Below are positions 25,188 to 34,661 of a DNA stretch of 64,000 bases, piece by piece (the stretch's first letter is position 1; each line of letters starts with the position of its first letter). The translations under genes were made by a program, and so were the position numbers. Origin of the DNA: an uncultured bacterium (GTDB taxonomy: Bacteria; Muiribacteriota; Ozemobacteria; Ozemobacterales; Ozemobacteraceae). The notes under the pieces were generated by a model, which saw nothing but the letters and a program-made list of their open reading frames with translations, was not told where the DNA came from and did no database searches. The stretch is from NCBI GenBank assembly GCA_937949615.1, contig CALEDQ010000008.1:243586-307585 (forward strand), given 5' to 3'.

Positions 25188-27863
25188 ATGCTTTCCCCCG
25201 CTATAATCAGCCATCGGTGCCGACATAAGGCTTTTTGCACCTTCTTTCTTCTGTTGCTTGCCTTTAACTGCCTTATAACCTCAGCAGCTGCAGACTCTTC
25301 CGGGCTGCCGGTCATAAATATGCAGCTGAAATGGAAACATCAATTTCAGTTTGCCGGCTATTACGCAGCGGTCGAGAAGGGTTTTTATCGAGAAGAAGGC
25401 TTCGAAGTCAACCTCATCGAGGCCCCAGAGACAGGCGAACCAGCCATGGAAGTCATCAACGGCCGGGCTGAATTCGGCACAACCGGCCCTGACATACTGT
25501 TGCAGCGAGCCAAGGGGCACCCGGTCGTCGCGCTGGCAGTCTTTTTTCAGCATTCACCGATGGTTCTTCTCGCACGCAAAGAGTCGGGCATCAACAGTAT
25601 TCACGACCTGGCCGGCAAAAAAGTCATGATAGAGCACGCATCGGCTGAACTTGAGGCATATTTTCAGGTTGAACGCCTCACCCCGGATAAATACACACGT
25701 CTCGCCCACACCCACGCTCCCAATGATTTCATATCCGGAAGAGTAGACGCCATCTCGGCATACAGCAGCGACGAACCTTTTCTGATCAGCGAGACCGGCT
25801 GTGAGTATATAACACTGAGCCCAAGATCGGCAGGTATCGACTTTTATGGCGACCTGCTTTTTACAACGCAACAGCAGATAGATAACAATCCTGACCGGGT
25901 AAAGGCCTTTATCAGAGCCTCTAAACGCGGCTGGGAATACGCTCTGCATCACCCCGAAGAGATTATCGATCTGATTCTGGCAAAGTATTCAAAACGCCAC
26001 AGTCGTGAACATCTGCTTTTTGAGGCCCGCGAAACCCAGCGCCTGGTTTTTGCCGAAATCGTCGAAGTCGGCTACATGAATCCCGGTCGCTGGCGCTTTA
26101 TTGCCGATACCTATGCCTCACTCGGCATGATGCCCAAAGACTATTCTCTCAGCGATTTTCTCTACAATCCAGACCCAACCATCGATATGCGGCGAATATA
26201 CAATATCGCCATCACCCTGTTTGTTTTAATGATTCTGGGTTTCAACTTCGCGCTGTCGCACCTGGTCAAAAAACGCACCCAGCAGCTGTCAATCGCCAAG
26301 GAGAACGCCGAAGCCGCCAACCGTGCCAAGTCGCAGTTTCTTGCCAATATGAGCCATGAGCTGCGTACACCACTTAATGGCGTTATTGGCTTCACTGAAC
26401 TACTCGTCAGTTCGCCGCTCGACACCGTGCAGCGGCAATATGCTCAGAACGCCAACATTTCAGCCCACGCTCTGCTTGGTATCATCAACAACATTCTCGA
26501 CTTCTCGAAAATCGAGGCGGGCAGAATCGACCTCGAAACCATCAAAACCGACCTGATAAGGCTGATGGAACAGACAATTTCAATAGTCAGATGTCAAGCC
26601 GAAAAAAAAGGCCTCGAACTCCTGCTCAACATCCCCCCCGAAACACCCAGATTCATTTTTTCTGACCCGGTTCGACTGGGGCAGGTTCTCATCAATCTGC
26701 TGGGCAACGCCGCCAAATTCACCGAAAAAGGCGAAATTGAGCTGCGGGTTGAATTCAAGCCAGAAAACACCACCACCGGCTATTTTAACTTTTTTGTGCG
26801 CGATACCGGCCTCGGCATCGAAAAGCACGACCGCGAAAATATTTTCAAGGAATTTACCCAGGCAGACAGCTCGGCTACCCGCAAGTTCGGCGGCACCGGC
26901 CTTGGTCTGGCGATTTCCCGCACACTCATAGAAAAAATGGGTGGAAAAATCGATTTCATCTCTGAACCCGGTGTCGGAAGCATGTTCTTTTTCTCGCTGA
27001 AATGCCGCTTTGAGAATGGCGAGCCTCTGGCAACAAAAGACATCGAAGGAATCAAAAAAATTCTGCTGGTGGATGACAGCAAAGATAATCTGACAATACT
27101 GCATCGAACCCTGGAGCACTGGCAAATAAATGCTCAAACCTGCACCAGCGGTAAAGAGGCGCTCAATAAGCTTACGAGCGGCGAAACCTTCGATGTAATC
27201 ATCATCGATTACATGATGCCTGAAATGAATGGTATCGAAACCATCAGGCAGATACGGCAGAAATGTGCCAGAACCGGCAGCAGGCAACCATTCATTCTTC
27301 TTTACAGTTCAATCGACAATTCATTTGTTTCAGAAGAATGCAAAAATCTAAATGTCCAGCTTAAGCTGGTCAAGCCGGTCAGAGCCGATGACCTTTTTGC
27401 CTGCCTCTGTCAGATTTCTCAGAAGCCGATTGAGGTATCGCAGGTGGTCACTCGCCCGGAGTCTTTGACGAATGTCAAAAAATCCCCACATGTTCTGGTT
27501 GTTGAAGATGTGGCTATGAACCGCATTCTGGTCTGCGAGCTCGTAAAAAAACTCATCCCCGACTCGGTCGTGATCGAAGCCACAAATGGCCGCGAAGCCA
27601 TAGAGCGCTTTCAGCATGACAAATTCGACCTGATTTTCATGGATATCCAGATGCCGGTTCTCGATGGTTATTCGGCGAGCTGCGAAATCAGAAGAATCGA
27701 AGACACTTCAGCAGCGGCGAGAACTCCGATTGTCGCCCTTACAGCCAGCGCCGTCAAAGGTGAATACGAGAAATGCATTGCCGCCGGCATGGATGAATTT
27801 ATCACCAAACCAGTCGATCCGCATCACTTCACCAGAATTTTCCAGACTTATCTGAAAATGTAA
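25188..27863 (+). CDS. Hybrid sensor histidine kinase with periplasmic NMT1/SsuA-like solute-binding domain, HisKA, HATPase_c and two receiver domains
   Basis: ATG after 'AAGGA'. Signal/transmembrane N-terminus. Periplasmic substrate-binding-like domain ('LKWKHQFQFAGYYAAVEKGFY'). H-box 'MSHELRTPLNGVIGFTELL'. G-box 'GGTGLGLAISRTLIEKMGG'. Receivers 'ILLVDDSKDN...IIIDYMMPEMNG' and 'VLVVEDVAMN...IFMDIQMPVLDGY'. Confidence 0.9.
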   Translation: MLSPAIISHRCRHKAFCTFFLLLLAFNCLITSAAADSSGLPVINMQLKWKHQFQFAGYYAAVEKGFYREEGFEVNLIEAPETGEPAMEVINGRAEFGTTGPDILLQRAKGHPVVALAVFFQHSPMVLLARKESGINSIHDLAGKKVMIEHASAELEAYFQVERLTPDKYTRLAHTHAPNDFISGRVDAISAYSSDEPFLISETGCEYITLSPRSAGIDFYGDLLFTTQQQIDNNPDRVKAFIRASKRGWEYALHHPEEIIDLILAKYSKRHSREHLLFEARETQRLVFAEIVEVGYMNPGRWRFIADTYASLGMMPKDYSLSDFLYNPDPTIDMRRIYNIAITLFVLMILGFNFALSHLVKKRTQQLSIAKENAEAANRAKSQFLANMSHELRTPLNGVIGFTELLVSSPLDTVQRQYAQNANISAHALLGIINNILDFSKIEAGRIDLETIKTDLIRLMEQTISIVRCQAEKKGLELLLNIPPETPRFIFSDPVRLGQVLINLLGNAAKFTEKGEIELRVEFKPENTTTGYFNFFVRDTGLGIEKHDRENIFKEFTQADSSATRKFGGTGLGLAISRTLIEKMGGKIDFISEPGVGSMFFFSLKCRFENGEPLATKDIEGIKKILLVDDSKDNLTILHRTLEHWQINAQTCTSGKEALNKLTSGETFDVIIIDYMMPEMNGIETIRQIRQKCARTGSRQPFILLYSSIDNSFVSEECKNLNVQLKLVKPVRADDLFACLCQISQKPIEVSQVVTRPESLTNVKKSPHVLVVEDVAMNRILVCELVKKLIPDSVVIEATNGREAIERFQHDKFDLIFMDIQMPVLDGYSASCEIRRIEDTSAAARTPIVALTASAVKGEYEKCIAAGMDEFITKPVDPHHFTRIFQTYLKM

Positions 27864-27870
27864 CAGAGCA

Positions 27871-27914
27871 AAAAACCGCCCCGCAACTCAATTGTGCGGG
27901 GCGGTTTTGTTTTG
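27871..27914. terminator. Bidirectional rho-independent terminator
   Basis: 'aaaaaccgccccgca-actcaatt-gtgcggggcggttttgttttg': 10-bp GC stem flanked by an A-run and a T-run, between convergent genes. Confidence 0.75.
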
Positions 27915-27935
27915 CTTCAGATCTTATCGCAAGAA

Positions 27936-28319
27936 TCAGAGGCTGCCATGAACCTGCAGAAATTTGACTCTTTCGTTGAGAGAGATTTCTACCTGATAAC
28001 CAAGGTCTCTGTAAGTGCCCTGGCTGGCTTTGTATGATTCAACAACGGCGCGGGCGGCTTCGACTTCTTTGGCGGTTTCGATGCTGCTGATTTCGGTGGT
28101 GATGGTTTTCCAGGCTTCGCCAAGGCGTTTGTTCATTTCGCCAAACATCGGGTTGGTCCAGGGCTTGGGCATACCGGGGTGCATCAGATGATTGAGATAT
28201 TCACCGGCATAAGCTGCACTATCCATGGCCTTCGACAAATTGCTGGTATTCAGAGCAAAAACCGGCAGAGTCATGACCACGAGCAGAGCCACAAGCACGA
28301 GACGCATAATTTTATTCAT
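27936..28319 (-). CDS. Small secreted (periplasmic) hypothetical protein
   Basis: ATG of 'MNKIMRLVLVALLVVMTLPVFA' preceded by 'AGGAGA'. Mature part of about 105 aa, helical and Lys/Glu-rich. The track extends 17 codons further upstream. Confidence 0.55.
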   Translation of the reverse strand: MNKIMRLVLVALLVVMTLPVFALNTSNLSKAMDSAAYAGEYLNHLMHPGMPKPWTNPMFGEMNKRLGEAWKTITTEISSIETAKEVEAARAVVESYKASQGTYRDLGYQVEISLNERVKFLQVHGSL

Positions 28320-28379
28320 TTTCTTTCTCCTGATGTTTTTAGTTGGTGACCGCAGTAAAGCAAAAGCCATGCCAACCCC

Positions 28380-28600
28380 ATAACACGCATCAGATAAAGC
28401 TTTTTTCGATTGTACCCCGCGACTATGTTAAAAATTTAACAAGCCGGCCGCCGAAAACCCGGCAACCGCATTTGCTTCAATTCTACTTTGCAGAAATAAA
28501 TAGATAATATTAAAATAAACTTGCGCTTTTATAGATTTTTGTTTAATATATCTATAAATAAACCGATATTATTATTATAAATCTAAAAGGAGCCATAATT
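28380..28600 (+). promoter_or_regulatory. Strongly AT-rich intergenic promoter region with repeated 'AAATAAA(C)' motifs upstream of the regulator gene
   Basis: About 25-30% GC against about 55% background. 'gaaataaatagataatattaaaataaac...ctataaataaaccgatattattattataaatctaaaaggagcc' ends in the ribosome-binding site 'aaaaggag' before the ATG at 28601. Confidence 0.5.
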
Positions 28601-29356
28601 ATGAAAACCCGCGACGACCTGTTCGACCTGCCGGTCGAAATTCTCAAACAGGGCTTCAACGATCACACAAACCACCTCGAATGCCTGGCCTGCGGTCGTG
28701 AAATCGAAAAAGGGCTGATCTATCGCGATGGCGAAACCCTCTACGAAGCGCACCGCTTCATGCAGCTGCACATCAGCCGCTCACATGGCTCGGTCTTCGA
28801 ATTTCTGCTGGGGCTCGACAAAAAAAGCACCGGCCTGTCTGAGCATCAGACAGAACTGCTGACCCGCTTCTACAAAGGTCTTTCCGACCAGCAGATTCAA
28901 CAGGAAATGCAGATAGGCAGCATTTCAACCATACGTAACCACCGTTTTTCACTAAAAGAAAAAGAAAGGCAGGCTAAAATGTTTCTAACCCTGATGACGC
29001 TCCTGCGCGAGCGCGAAAACGAAAAACCCCGCTACATTCAACCGCACGAAACCGCGACCATGGTCGATGACCGCTATAAAGTGACCGAAGAAGAAAGCGA
29101 AAAACTGCTGAAAAAGTATTTTCCCGATGGTTTGAACGGCCCCCTCAAAACCTTCGTGCTGAAAGAAAAATGCAAACTCGTCGTGCTGCGCCACATCGCA
29201 CAGCGCTTCGAGCACAACCGCATCTATAACGAAAAAGAAGTGAACGCCATTCTTCAGGAAGTCTACAGCGACTACGTGACCATCCGTCGCTACCTGATCG
29301 AATACGGTTTTATGGACCGCAAACCCGACTGCAGCGCTTACTGGCGCAAAAGCTGA
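28601..29356 (+). CDS. Putative transcriptional regulator: central LuxR/sigma-70-region-4-like helix-turn-helix plus C-terminal DUF2087-like domain
   Basis: 'LSEHQTELLTRFYKGLSDQQIQQEMQIGSISTIRNHRF' is helix-turn-helix-like. C-terminal 'FVLKEKCKLVVLRHIAQRFEHNRIYNEKEVNAILQEVYSDYVTIRRYLIEYGFMDR'. Good ribosome-binding site. Family assignment from memory only. Confidence 0.55.
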   Translation: MKTRDDLFDLPVEILKQGFNDHTNHLECLACGREIEKGLIYRDGETLYEAHRFMQLHISRSHGSVFEFLLGLDKKSTGLSEHQTELLTRFYKGLSDQQIQQEMQIGSISTIRNHRFSLKEKERQAKMFLTLMTLLRERENEKPRYIQPHETATMVDDRYKVTEEESEKLLKKYFPDGLNGPLKTFVLKEKCKLVVLRHIAQRFEHNRIYNEKEVNAILQEVYSDYVTIRRYLIEYGFMDRKPDCSAYWRKS

Positions 29357-29380
29357 CCAGACAATCGCCGACAGTCTGCA

Positions 29381-29418
29381 AAACAGCCTGGCCGGAAAAC
29401 CGGCCAGGCTTTCTTTTC
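29381..29418. terminator. Rho-independent terminator overlapping the stop of the convergent 4Fe-4S membrane protein gene
   Basis: Stem 'agcctggccgg' / 'ccggccaggct' with loop 'aaaa', then 'ttcttttc'. Confidence 0.65.
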
Positions 29419-30388
29419 AGATGCGGGCGACGGCAAGAAATACAGCGTGCAGTGAGATTATCAAAACGATGAACACGGCCCGCGCCTTTTCTTTATCGAG
29501 CAACGGCAGACGGTAACCGATCTGGCCGCTGTGGCAAGCCGAAACGCAGTCGCCACAGAGTGTACACGACCACCCGACCTGCCGTTTCAGAATATTATCG
29601 CGTTCGAGAGCCGAATAACGGCAGACACGCCGGCACTGCATACATGCTGTACAGCCGGCATCAATACGCATGCGCCAGGGTGAAAGGCGACCCAGCCAGT
29701 TGCCGACCAGGCCCACCGGGCAGAATGCCGTACAATGTGCCATCAGACCAAGCCGCCGTGAAGCTGCCAGCATGACCCCGACCCCGGCCAGGCCGAATAC
29801 GGCTGCCAGAAGAAGTGCCGCCTGCCAGCCAACCGCAAAATAGCGCAGCAGAGCGGCACAGGCGATAACCAGTAATAAAATGCCGTGGCGCACCAGCGAC
29901 CAGCGGCCGGGCAATTGGGCCGGTTCTTTTTGAACACGGCTGCAGAAGTCATCCCAGGCACCGATATAGCAGAGATGACTGCACCAGGCCGTACCGACCA
30001 GCAATGCCGTTATCGTAAACAGAATCGTCATGAAAAAGTCGCTACCGCGATAGATCGGCCCGGCAACGATCAGCGCCGGCACCGGCAGGTGCAGTTTGCC
30101 GGTCATCAGCAACCGCTCGATACCGGCAAGCCCTAAAAACAGCTGCAGAAAAAAGACCAGCGAGAACAGCAGCCAGATGCGGGGCCTGAGCCGCCGCGCT
30201 GTCATTGGATCGGCCATCCGCCAGGCAAGCAGACCTGCATAAATAGACATGACCACAATCTGCACCCAGCCGGCGCCTGGATAAAAGCGTTCGGCCAGCA
30301 GCAGTGGCAGTCTCGGAAAAACCTGCACAGGCACCAGCAGCAGCGCAGTGAGCACAGAGGCGGACAGTCCGCTCAGCCGGGGGTTCAT
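29417..30388 (-). CDS. Integral membrane ferredoxin-type protein with two 4Fe-4S cysteine clusters (NapH/MauN-like)
   Basis: Multiple transmembrane helices, then 'CTACMQCRRVC' and 'CTLCGDCVSAC'. Its ATG overlaps the stop of the FNT gene (ATGA). Confidence 0.7.
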   Translation of the reverse strand: MNPRLSGLSASVLTALLLVPVQVFPRLPLLLAERFYPGAGWVQIVVMSIYAGLLAWRMADPMTARRLRPRIWLLFSLVFFLQLFLGLAGIERLLMTGKLHLPVPALIVAGPIYRGSDFFMTILFTITALLVGTAWCSHLCYIGAWDDFCSRVQKEPAQLPGRWSLVRHGILLLVIACAALLRYFAVGWQAALLLAAVFGLAGVGVMLAASRRLGLMAHCTAFCPVGLVGNWLGRLSPWRMRIDAGCTACMQCRRVCRYSALERDNILKRQVGWSCTLCGDCVSACHSGQIGYRLPLLDKEKARAVFIVLIISLHAVFLAVARI

Positions 30389-31164
30389 GCGGCGGCAGGT
30401 TCTGCCTGTTGCCTTCCGGCCAGATAGTAGCCACCGCCAAGCACAAGAGCGCCGCCGAGCAGATTGCCCAGGCCAACCACACCCAGATTATAAAAATACC
30501 CGGCCATGGTGACTTCAGGGCCCGGAGCCGCCAGCAGACCAATGGTCAGCACCGTCATATTGGCGATACTATGCTCAAAACCGCTGGTGATAAAAGCAAA
30601 CAGACACCACCAGATCATGATCAGCTTCGCCGTTTCTTCTTTGAGTTTCAGGCTGCAGAGAACCGCCAGACAGACGAGAACATTACACAGAAACCCCTGA
30701 AAAAACAGATTCATAAAGGGCGCCGACATTTTAGCCGCCGAAACGGTTCCGGCAAAAGCCCCGGTCGAACCGGCAGCACGGCCGCCCAGATAAAACAATA
30801 CCGAAACGAGAAGGGCGCCAGCCCAGTTGCCGAACCACGACCAGACCCAGATACGCAGACTGTCGCTCCAGGGCACTTTACCGTCGAGACTGGCCGCGGT
30901 CATGATCATGTTATTGCCGGTAAACAATTCTGAACCAGCCATGATTACCAGGCTAAGGGCAATACCGAAACTGACACCCATCAGGGTTTTCGTCAGCGGA
31001 TCAGTGCCCATCTGCCCGCCAATGGTAAGAATCAGAATGATACCGAGTCCGACATAGAGACCTGCCAGCATCGAAACGATAAAATATCTGAGTCGGCTGC
31101 CGTTGAGCAGCTGAACTTTGGCTAGGGCCATTGCTACCATCTTCTGAAGGGTTTCCTGGTACAT
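30385..31164 (-). CDS. FNT-family channel (formate/nitrite transporter family); positioned like the hydrosulfide-channel (HSC) type next to asrABC
   Basis: FNT hallmark 'ITSGFEHSIANMTVL'. 6 transmembrane helices, 259 aa. Immediately downstream of asrC. Confidence 0.8.
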   Translation of the reverse strand: MYQETLQKMVAMALAKVQLLNGSRLRYFIVSMLAGLYVGLGIILILTIGGQMGTDPLTKTLMGVSFGIALSLVIMAGSELFTGNNMIMTAASLDGKVPWSDSLRIWVWSWFGNWAGALLVSVLFYLGGRAAGSTGAFAGTVSAAKMSAPFMNLFFQGFLCNVLVCLAVLCSLKLKEETAKLIMIWWCLFAFITSGFEHSIANMTVLTIGLLAAPGPEVTMAGYFYNLGVVGLGNLLGGALVLGGGYYLAGRQQAEPAAA

Positions 31165-31205
31165 GCGACTCCTTATTATTTTTTATTTTTTTTTACGATC
31201 CGGTT

Positions 31206-32210
31206 CTATTTTGGCGTTTTCAGATTTGCGTCGTTGAGCGTGTTGTAGCCCGGCCACTGAATCGTCTTTGCCATGCGGGCTTCCGGGTTCAGAACCACGC
31301 CCTGCAGCACCTCATCGCGAAAAACGTTGAAACCGGTTCGATCAACGATGTAGCCGATGTGTTCCTTCGGCAGGCAGCGCAGAATGTAGCGGTCGACATA
31401 GGCCATGGTATTGGCGATGACCTTCGTCACCACTTCTTCGTTTACCCGGTCGAGAAACGGCATCGCCAGACGCGGGTTCTTCTTGCCGGTGCGTCCCATG
31501 ACCAGCAGCCGGTAATATTTGCCGGGTTTGCGGGTCCAGGCTGAGATCGGGCATGCGAGCACACACTCGCCGCAGCCGATACAGCGCCGCTCATCGCGCA
31601 CCACTTTGCTGCCGTTCATGTCGAGAGCACCGGTAACCTTGCGCTGGCATGCTTTCACACATGCTTCGCAGCCAATGCACTGGTCATAATCGTATTCCGG
31701 AATACAGATGGCGATAATGCCGAAATCCTGCATGTGCGCCTTGATACAGTCATTCGGGCAGCCGGTAATTGCAATCTTGGTATGAAAATCGTGCGGGTAG
31801 ACAACCGCTTCGATGCGCTGCGCCAGCCCCGTCGTATCGGTGTTGGCAAACGGACAGGTGCGGTTGCCGATGCAGGCCGAAATGTTGCGCATGCCGGCGG
31901 CCGGGTACCCTGCTGCCGGATTGTCGATCTTAACTCCATGTTCGAGTTCGAGCTCTTCGATCAGAGGCCTGAGAGCCGCGTTAACTTCGGCCATTTTCGC
32001 GAACGGGATATTCGGAATCTCAAAGCCCTGGCGGGTCGTGATATGCAGATTGCCATCACCGAACTGCTCGGCGATTTTTGCAATCCGGGCAATCTGTGAG
32101 GCATTGAGATGCCCACCCGGCACCCTGATTCTGATCGCCGTATAATTGCGGCGCTTGGTTATTCTGAAGGCGTTTTTGGTAACGGTTTTTCTGTTCAGAT
32201 CGAGTGACAT
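31206..32210 (-). CDS. asrC: Anaerobic sulfite reductase subunit C (siroheme / Fe-S catalytic subunit with ferredoxin insert)
   Basis: 'CIGNRTCPF', 'ITGCPNDCIKA', ferredoxin insert 'CIGCEACVKAC...CIGCGECVLACP'. 334 aa. Ribosome-binding site 'GAGAGG'. Confidence 0.8.
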   Translation of the reverse strand: MSLDLNRKTVTKNAFRITKRRNYTAIRIRVPGGHLNASQIARIAKIAEQFGDGNLHITTRQGFEIPNIPFAKMAEVNAALRPLIEELELEHGVKIDNPAAGYPAAGMRNISACIGNRTCPFANTDTTGLAQRIEAVVYPHDFHTKIAITGCPNDCIKAHMQDFGIIAICIPEYDYDQCIGCEACVKACQRKVTGALDMNGSKVVRDERRCIGCGECVLACPISAWTRKPGKYYRLLVMGRTGKKNPRLAMPFLDRVNEEVVTKVIANTMAYVDRYILRCLPKEHIGYIVDRTGFNVFRDEVLQGVVLNPEARMAKTIQWPGYNTLNDANLKTPK

Positions 32211-32220
32211 GGTTTACCTC

Positions 32221-33015
32221 TCAGTCGATAAGTGTCGAAGCGTGCGACAGATTCATTACCGGACCATCGACGCAGATGTAGGTCGAATCGATCTTGCAAT
32301 GCCCGCATTTACCAAGTCCGCATGACATCAGGCGCTCGAACGAAACCCAGACATTGTCGACCGGTACACCCAGCAGTCTGAATTCGGCAGTCGCAAACTT
32401 CATCATCACCGGTGGCCCGACAACGATAACCTGATAGTCATCAGGAAGGTCGAGCTTCAACCGGCGAATATGCTCGGTTACCAGGCCGGTATCACCGTTC
32501 CAGCCTTCCTGGGGCTTGTCGATCGTCAGGGTCATATCGCATTTCTGCTTCCAGGACTGAATATCTTCGGTAAACAATATGCTTTCTTTAGATTTGAAGC
32601 CGGTAATCAGCTTCAACGATTTAACCGGCAGCGTGCCGGCAACGATCTGGCTGACCAGCGGCCGCACCGGTGCCGCGCCCGAGCCACCTGCAACGATGAT
32701 CAGGTTACTGTTAGCGAGCTTTTCGACCGGAAACCCATGCCCGTAAGGCCCGCGAATAAACAAATTCTCGCCGACCCTGAGGCTCTGAATCGCCCCGGTC
32801 AGACGCCCGACCGCGCGAATTGTGAACTGCAGCCAGTTTTTGCCATAATTGCTGATTGAGATCGGTGCTTCACCAATCTTCGGCAGCGATATCTGAAAAA
32901 ACTGCCCGGGCACCATGTCGAGACTCGCATCGACCGTCATTGTGAATTCAACGTCGCTTTCACTGACGATCTTCGTAATTTTCACCGGAAAAGGCTGATA
33001 TGGATTTCCGCTCAT
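32221..33015 (-). CDS. asrB: Anaerobic sulfite reductase subunit B (flavin/NAD-binding with C-terminal 2Fe-2S)
   Basis: Ferredoxin-reductase-like 'GPYGHGFP...IIVAGGSGAAPVRPL' and C-terminal 'CGLGKCGHCKIDSTYICVDGP'. Start taken at the 'MSGNPYQPF' ATG, which overlaps the asrA stop (ATGA). The track extends 34 codons upstream. Confidence 0.8.
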   Translation of the reverse strand: MSGNPYQPFPVKITKIVSESDVEFTMTVDASLDMVPGQFFQISLPKIGEAPISISNYGKNWLQFTIRAVGRLTGAIQSLRVGENLFIRGPYGHGFPVEKLANSNLIIVAGGSGAAPVRPLVSQIVAGTLPVKSLKLITGFKSKESILFTEDIQSWKQKCDMTLTIDKPQEGWNGDTGLVTEHIRRLKLDLPDDYQVIVVGPPVMMKFATAEFRLLGVPVDNVWVSFERLMSCGLGKCGHCKIDSTYICVDGPVMNLSHASTLID

Positions 33016-34037
33016 TTGTCGCTGCCCCCTTTGAGAGTTCGGCTGAGCTTGTTGATGCAACTCGAAAACGAGATATATTCGGGGCAGACGTCGTCGCAGC
33101 GACCGCAGCCGACGCACATGTCGAACCCGAAGCGCTTTCTGAAATCATAAATCTTGTGAAAAGCCTTGAAACGCATGCGTTCGCCCTTGTTCTTGCGAAA
33201 CGAATGCCCGCCGGCCATGTCAGAGAAACCATCGAGGTGGCAGCCATCCCAGACGCGCCGCCGTTCACCACACTGCCGGCTGTCGGCATAAAAAAGATCG
33301 ACGGTGCTGAAGCAGCTGCAGGTCACGCACGAGGTGTTGCAGCGCCCGCAGGCAATACAGCGGCTGTCGTATTCTTCCCACATCTTGTGGTTGAACATTT
33401 CGGCCGGCATTGTCTCGACGGTCGGCAACTCGACCTGTTTGTCATTCTCGCTGACAAACTCCGGGGAAAAGCTGCCGGCGCGGCCCTTCTGCCCGAACAG
33501 ACCTTCGTAGCGCTGATCTTTAATCTGCGCCGCGACCCGGTCGCCGGCAAAGCGCAGCGCCACTTCGTAATTGTCGGTAGTATTCGATTTCATACTGACA
33601 CAGAAGCAGTTTTCGAATGATTCACGACATTCGATCATAAAGAAATGCAGACGCTGGCGCCGCCGCTGGTAATATGGGTCAGCCTGCCCGCCATTTTCGA
33701 GAAACATTTTGTCGAGACGGGCAATGCCGTTGATGTCGCATGGCCGCAGCAATACGATGATTTCGCCATTCTCTTTAAGCTGCGGCTGGCTGAATTCGTG
33801 ATCGTTAAAATGAAAAATCGTTTCATCAGCCGGGAAAACCAGCGATTTTGGCGACAAGCTGCTCTTTTCGGCCAGTTCAAGCTCGTCTAACGAGGCCAGC
33901 GGCGCATATCTGACCAGGTCGGTATCAGAGAAACGCCCGCGGCCAACGAATCTCTTCGGACCATAAATCTGATAAGTCTTCTGCAGTTCGGCAAAAACGG
34001 CGGCAAATTCTTCGCGCGAATAATCGTATGCTGACAT
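33012..34037 (-). CDS. asrA: Anaerobic sulfite reductase subunit A (Fe-S)
   Basis: 341 aa with cysteine clusters 'CIACGRCNTSCVTCSCF' and 'CVGCGRCDDVCP'. Ribosome-binding site 'AAGGGAG'. Precedes asrB and asrC in order. Confidence 0.8.
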   Translation of the reverse strand: MSAYDYSREEFAAVFAELQKTYQIYGPKRFVGRGRFSDTDLVRYAPLASLDELELAEKSSLSPKSLVFPADETIFHFNDHEFSQPQLKENGEIIVLLRPCDINGIARLDKMFLENGGQADPYYQRRRQRLHFFMIECRESFENCFCVSMKSNTTDNYEVALRFAGDRVAAQIKDQRYEGLFGQKGRAGSFSPEFVSENDKQVELPTVETMPAEMFNHKMWEEYDSRCIACGRCNTSCVTCSCFSTVDLFYADSRQCGERRRVWDGCHLDGFSDMAGGHSFRKNKGERMRFKAFHKIYDFRKRFGFDMCVGCGRCDDVCPEYISFSSCINKLSRTLKGGSDK

Positions 34038-34048
34038 CTGCTGCTCCC

Positions 34049-34533
34049 TTAACGGTTTCTGGCGCGCCAGGCGGCCATAGCATCGCTGAGTGCTCTGAAA
34101 TGGCCTACTTCTTCACCGATCAGGCGGTCAAGATCAGGAACCGCTTTTTCACTGAGAAGACTGTATTTGACCGATGTGTAGAAAAATACCGAATTTTTCT
34201 CGATCAGCATCGCTTTTTCAAGTATTTCCGGGTAGGTGTCGCCATCTTCGATCTGGCATTCAGTCGAAATGATGCGGTCTGAGGTCAAGGCCTGCAGATA
34301 GGCATCTGACTCTTCATCAGACTCTGGCTGCCTTTCATCAGAGCTCTTTTCGAATTCGGCAAGAATATCGCTGAAATGCTTCGCATGCCCTGCTTCCATT
34401 TCGGCCAGCTGCGTCAACAAATGCATTTCGCTGCCCGATGCCAGTTTGGCAGCATCAGCATAGAACCTGGCGCCGCGCATTTCGAGCTTGACTGCCGCCA
34501 TCAACACATCAAAGGTATTAAGTTTAATCTGCA
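34049..34533 (-). CDS. Ferritin-like / rubrerythrin-like diiron protein (no rubredoxin domain)
   Basis: ExxH pairs 'EMEAGHAKHF' and 'IGEEVGHFRAL'. Start at the 'MQIKLNTFDVL' ATG after 'GGGGGGAGAGA'. The track ORF extends 128 codons upstream with no domain content and overlaps the next gene's promoter on the other strand. Confidence 0.65.
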
Positions 34534-34661
34534 TTCTCTCCCCCCCGTTGTGAATCTCTTCACTATTATGACACTCTTTTAGTAGTCTTTCAAGAATTAA
34601 ATTAAAAAAACTATTTTTGCAGAGTTGCAGTATAATTTGCATATTCAGAAGGAGAAACTCC

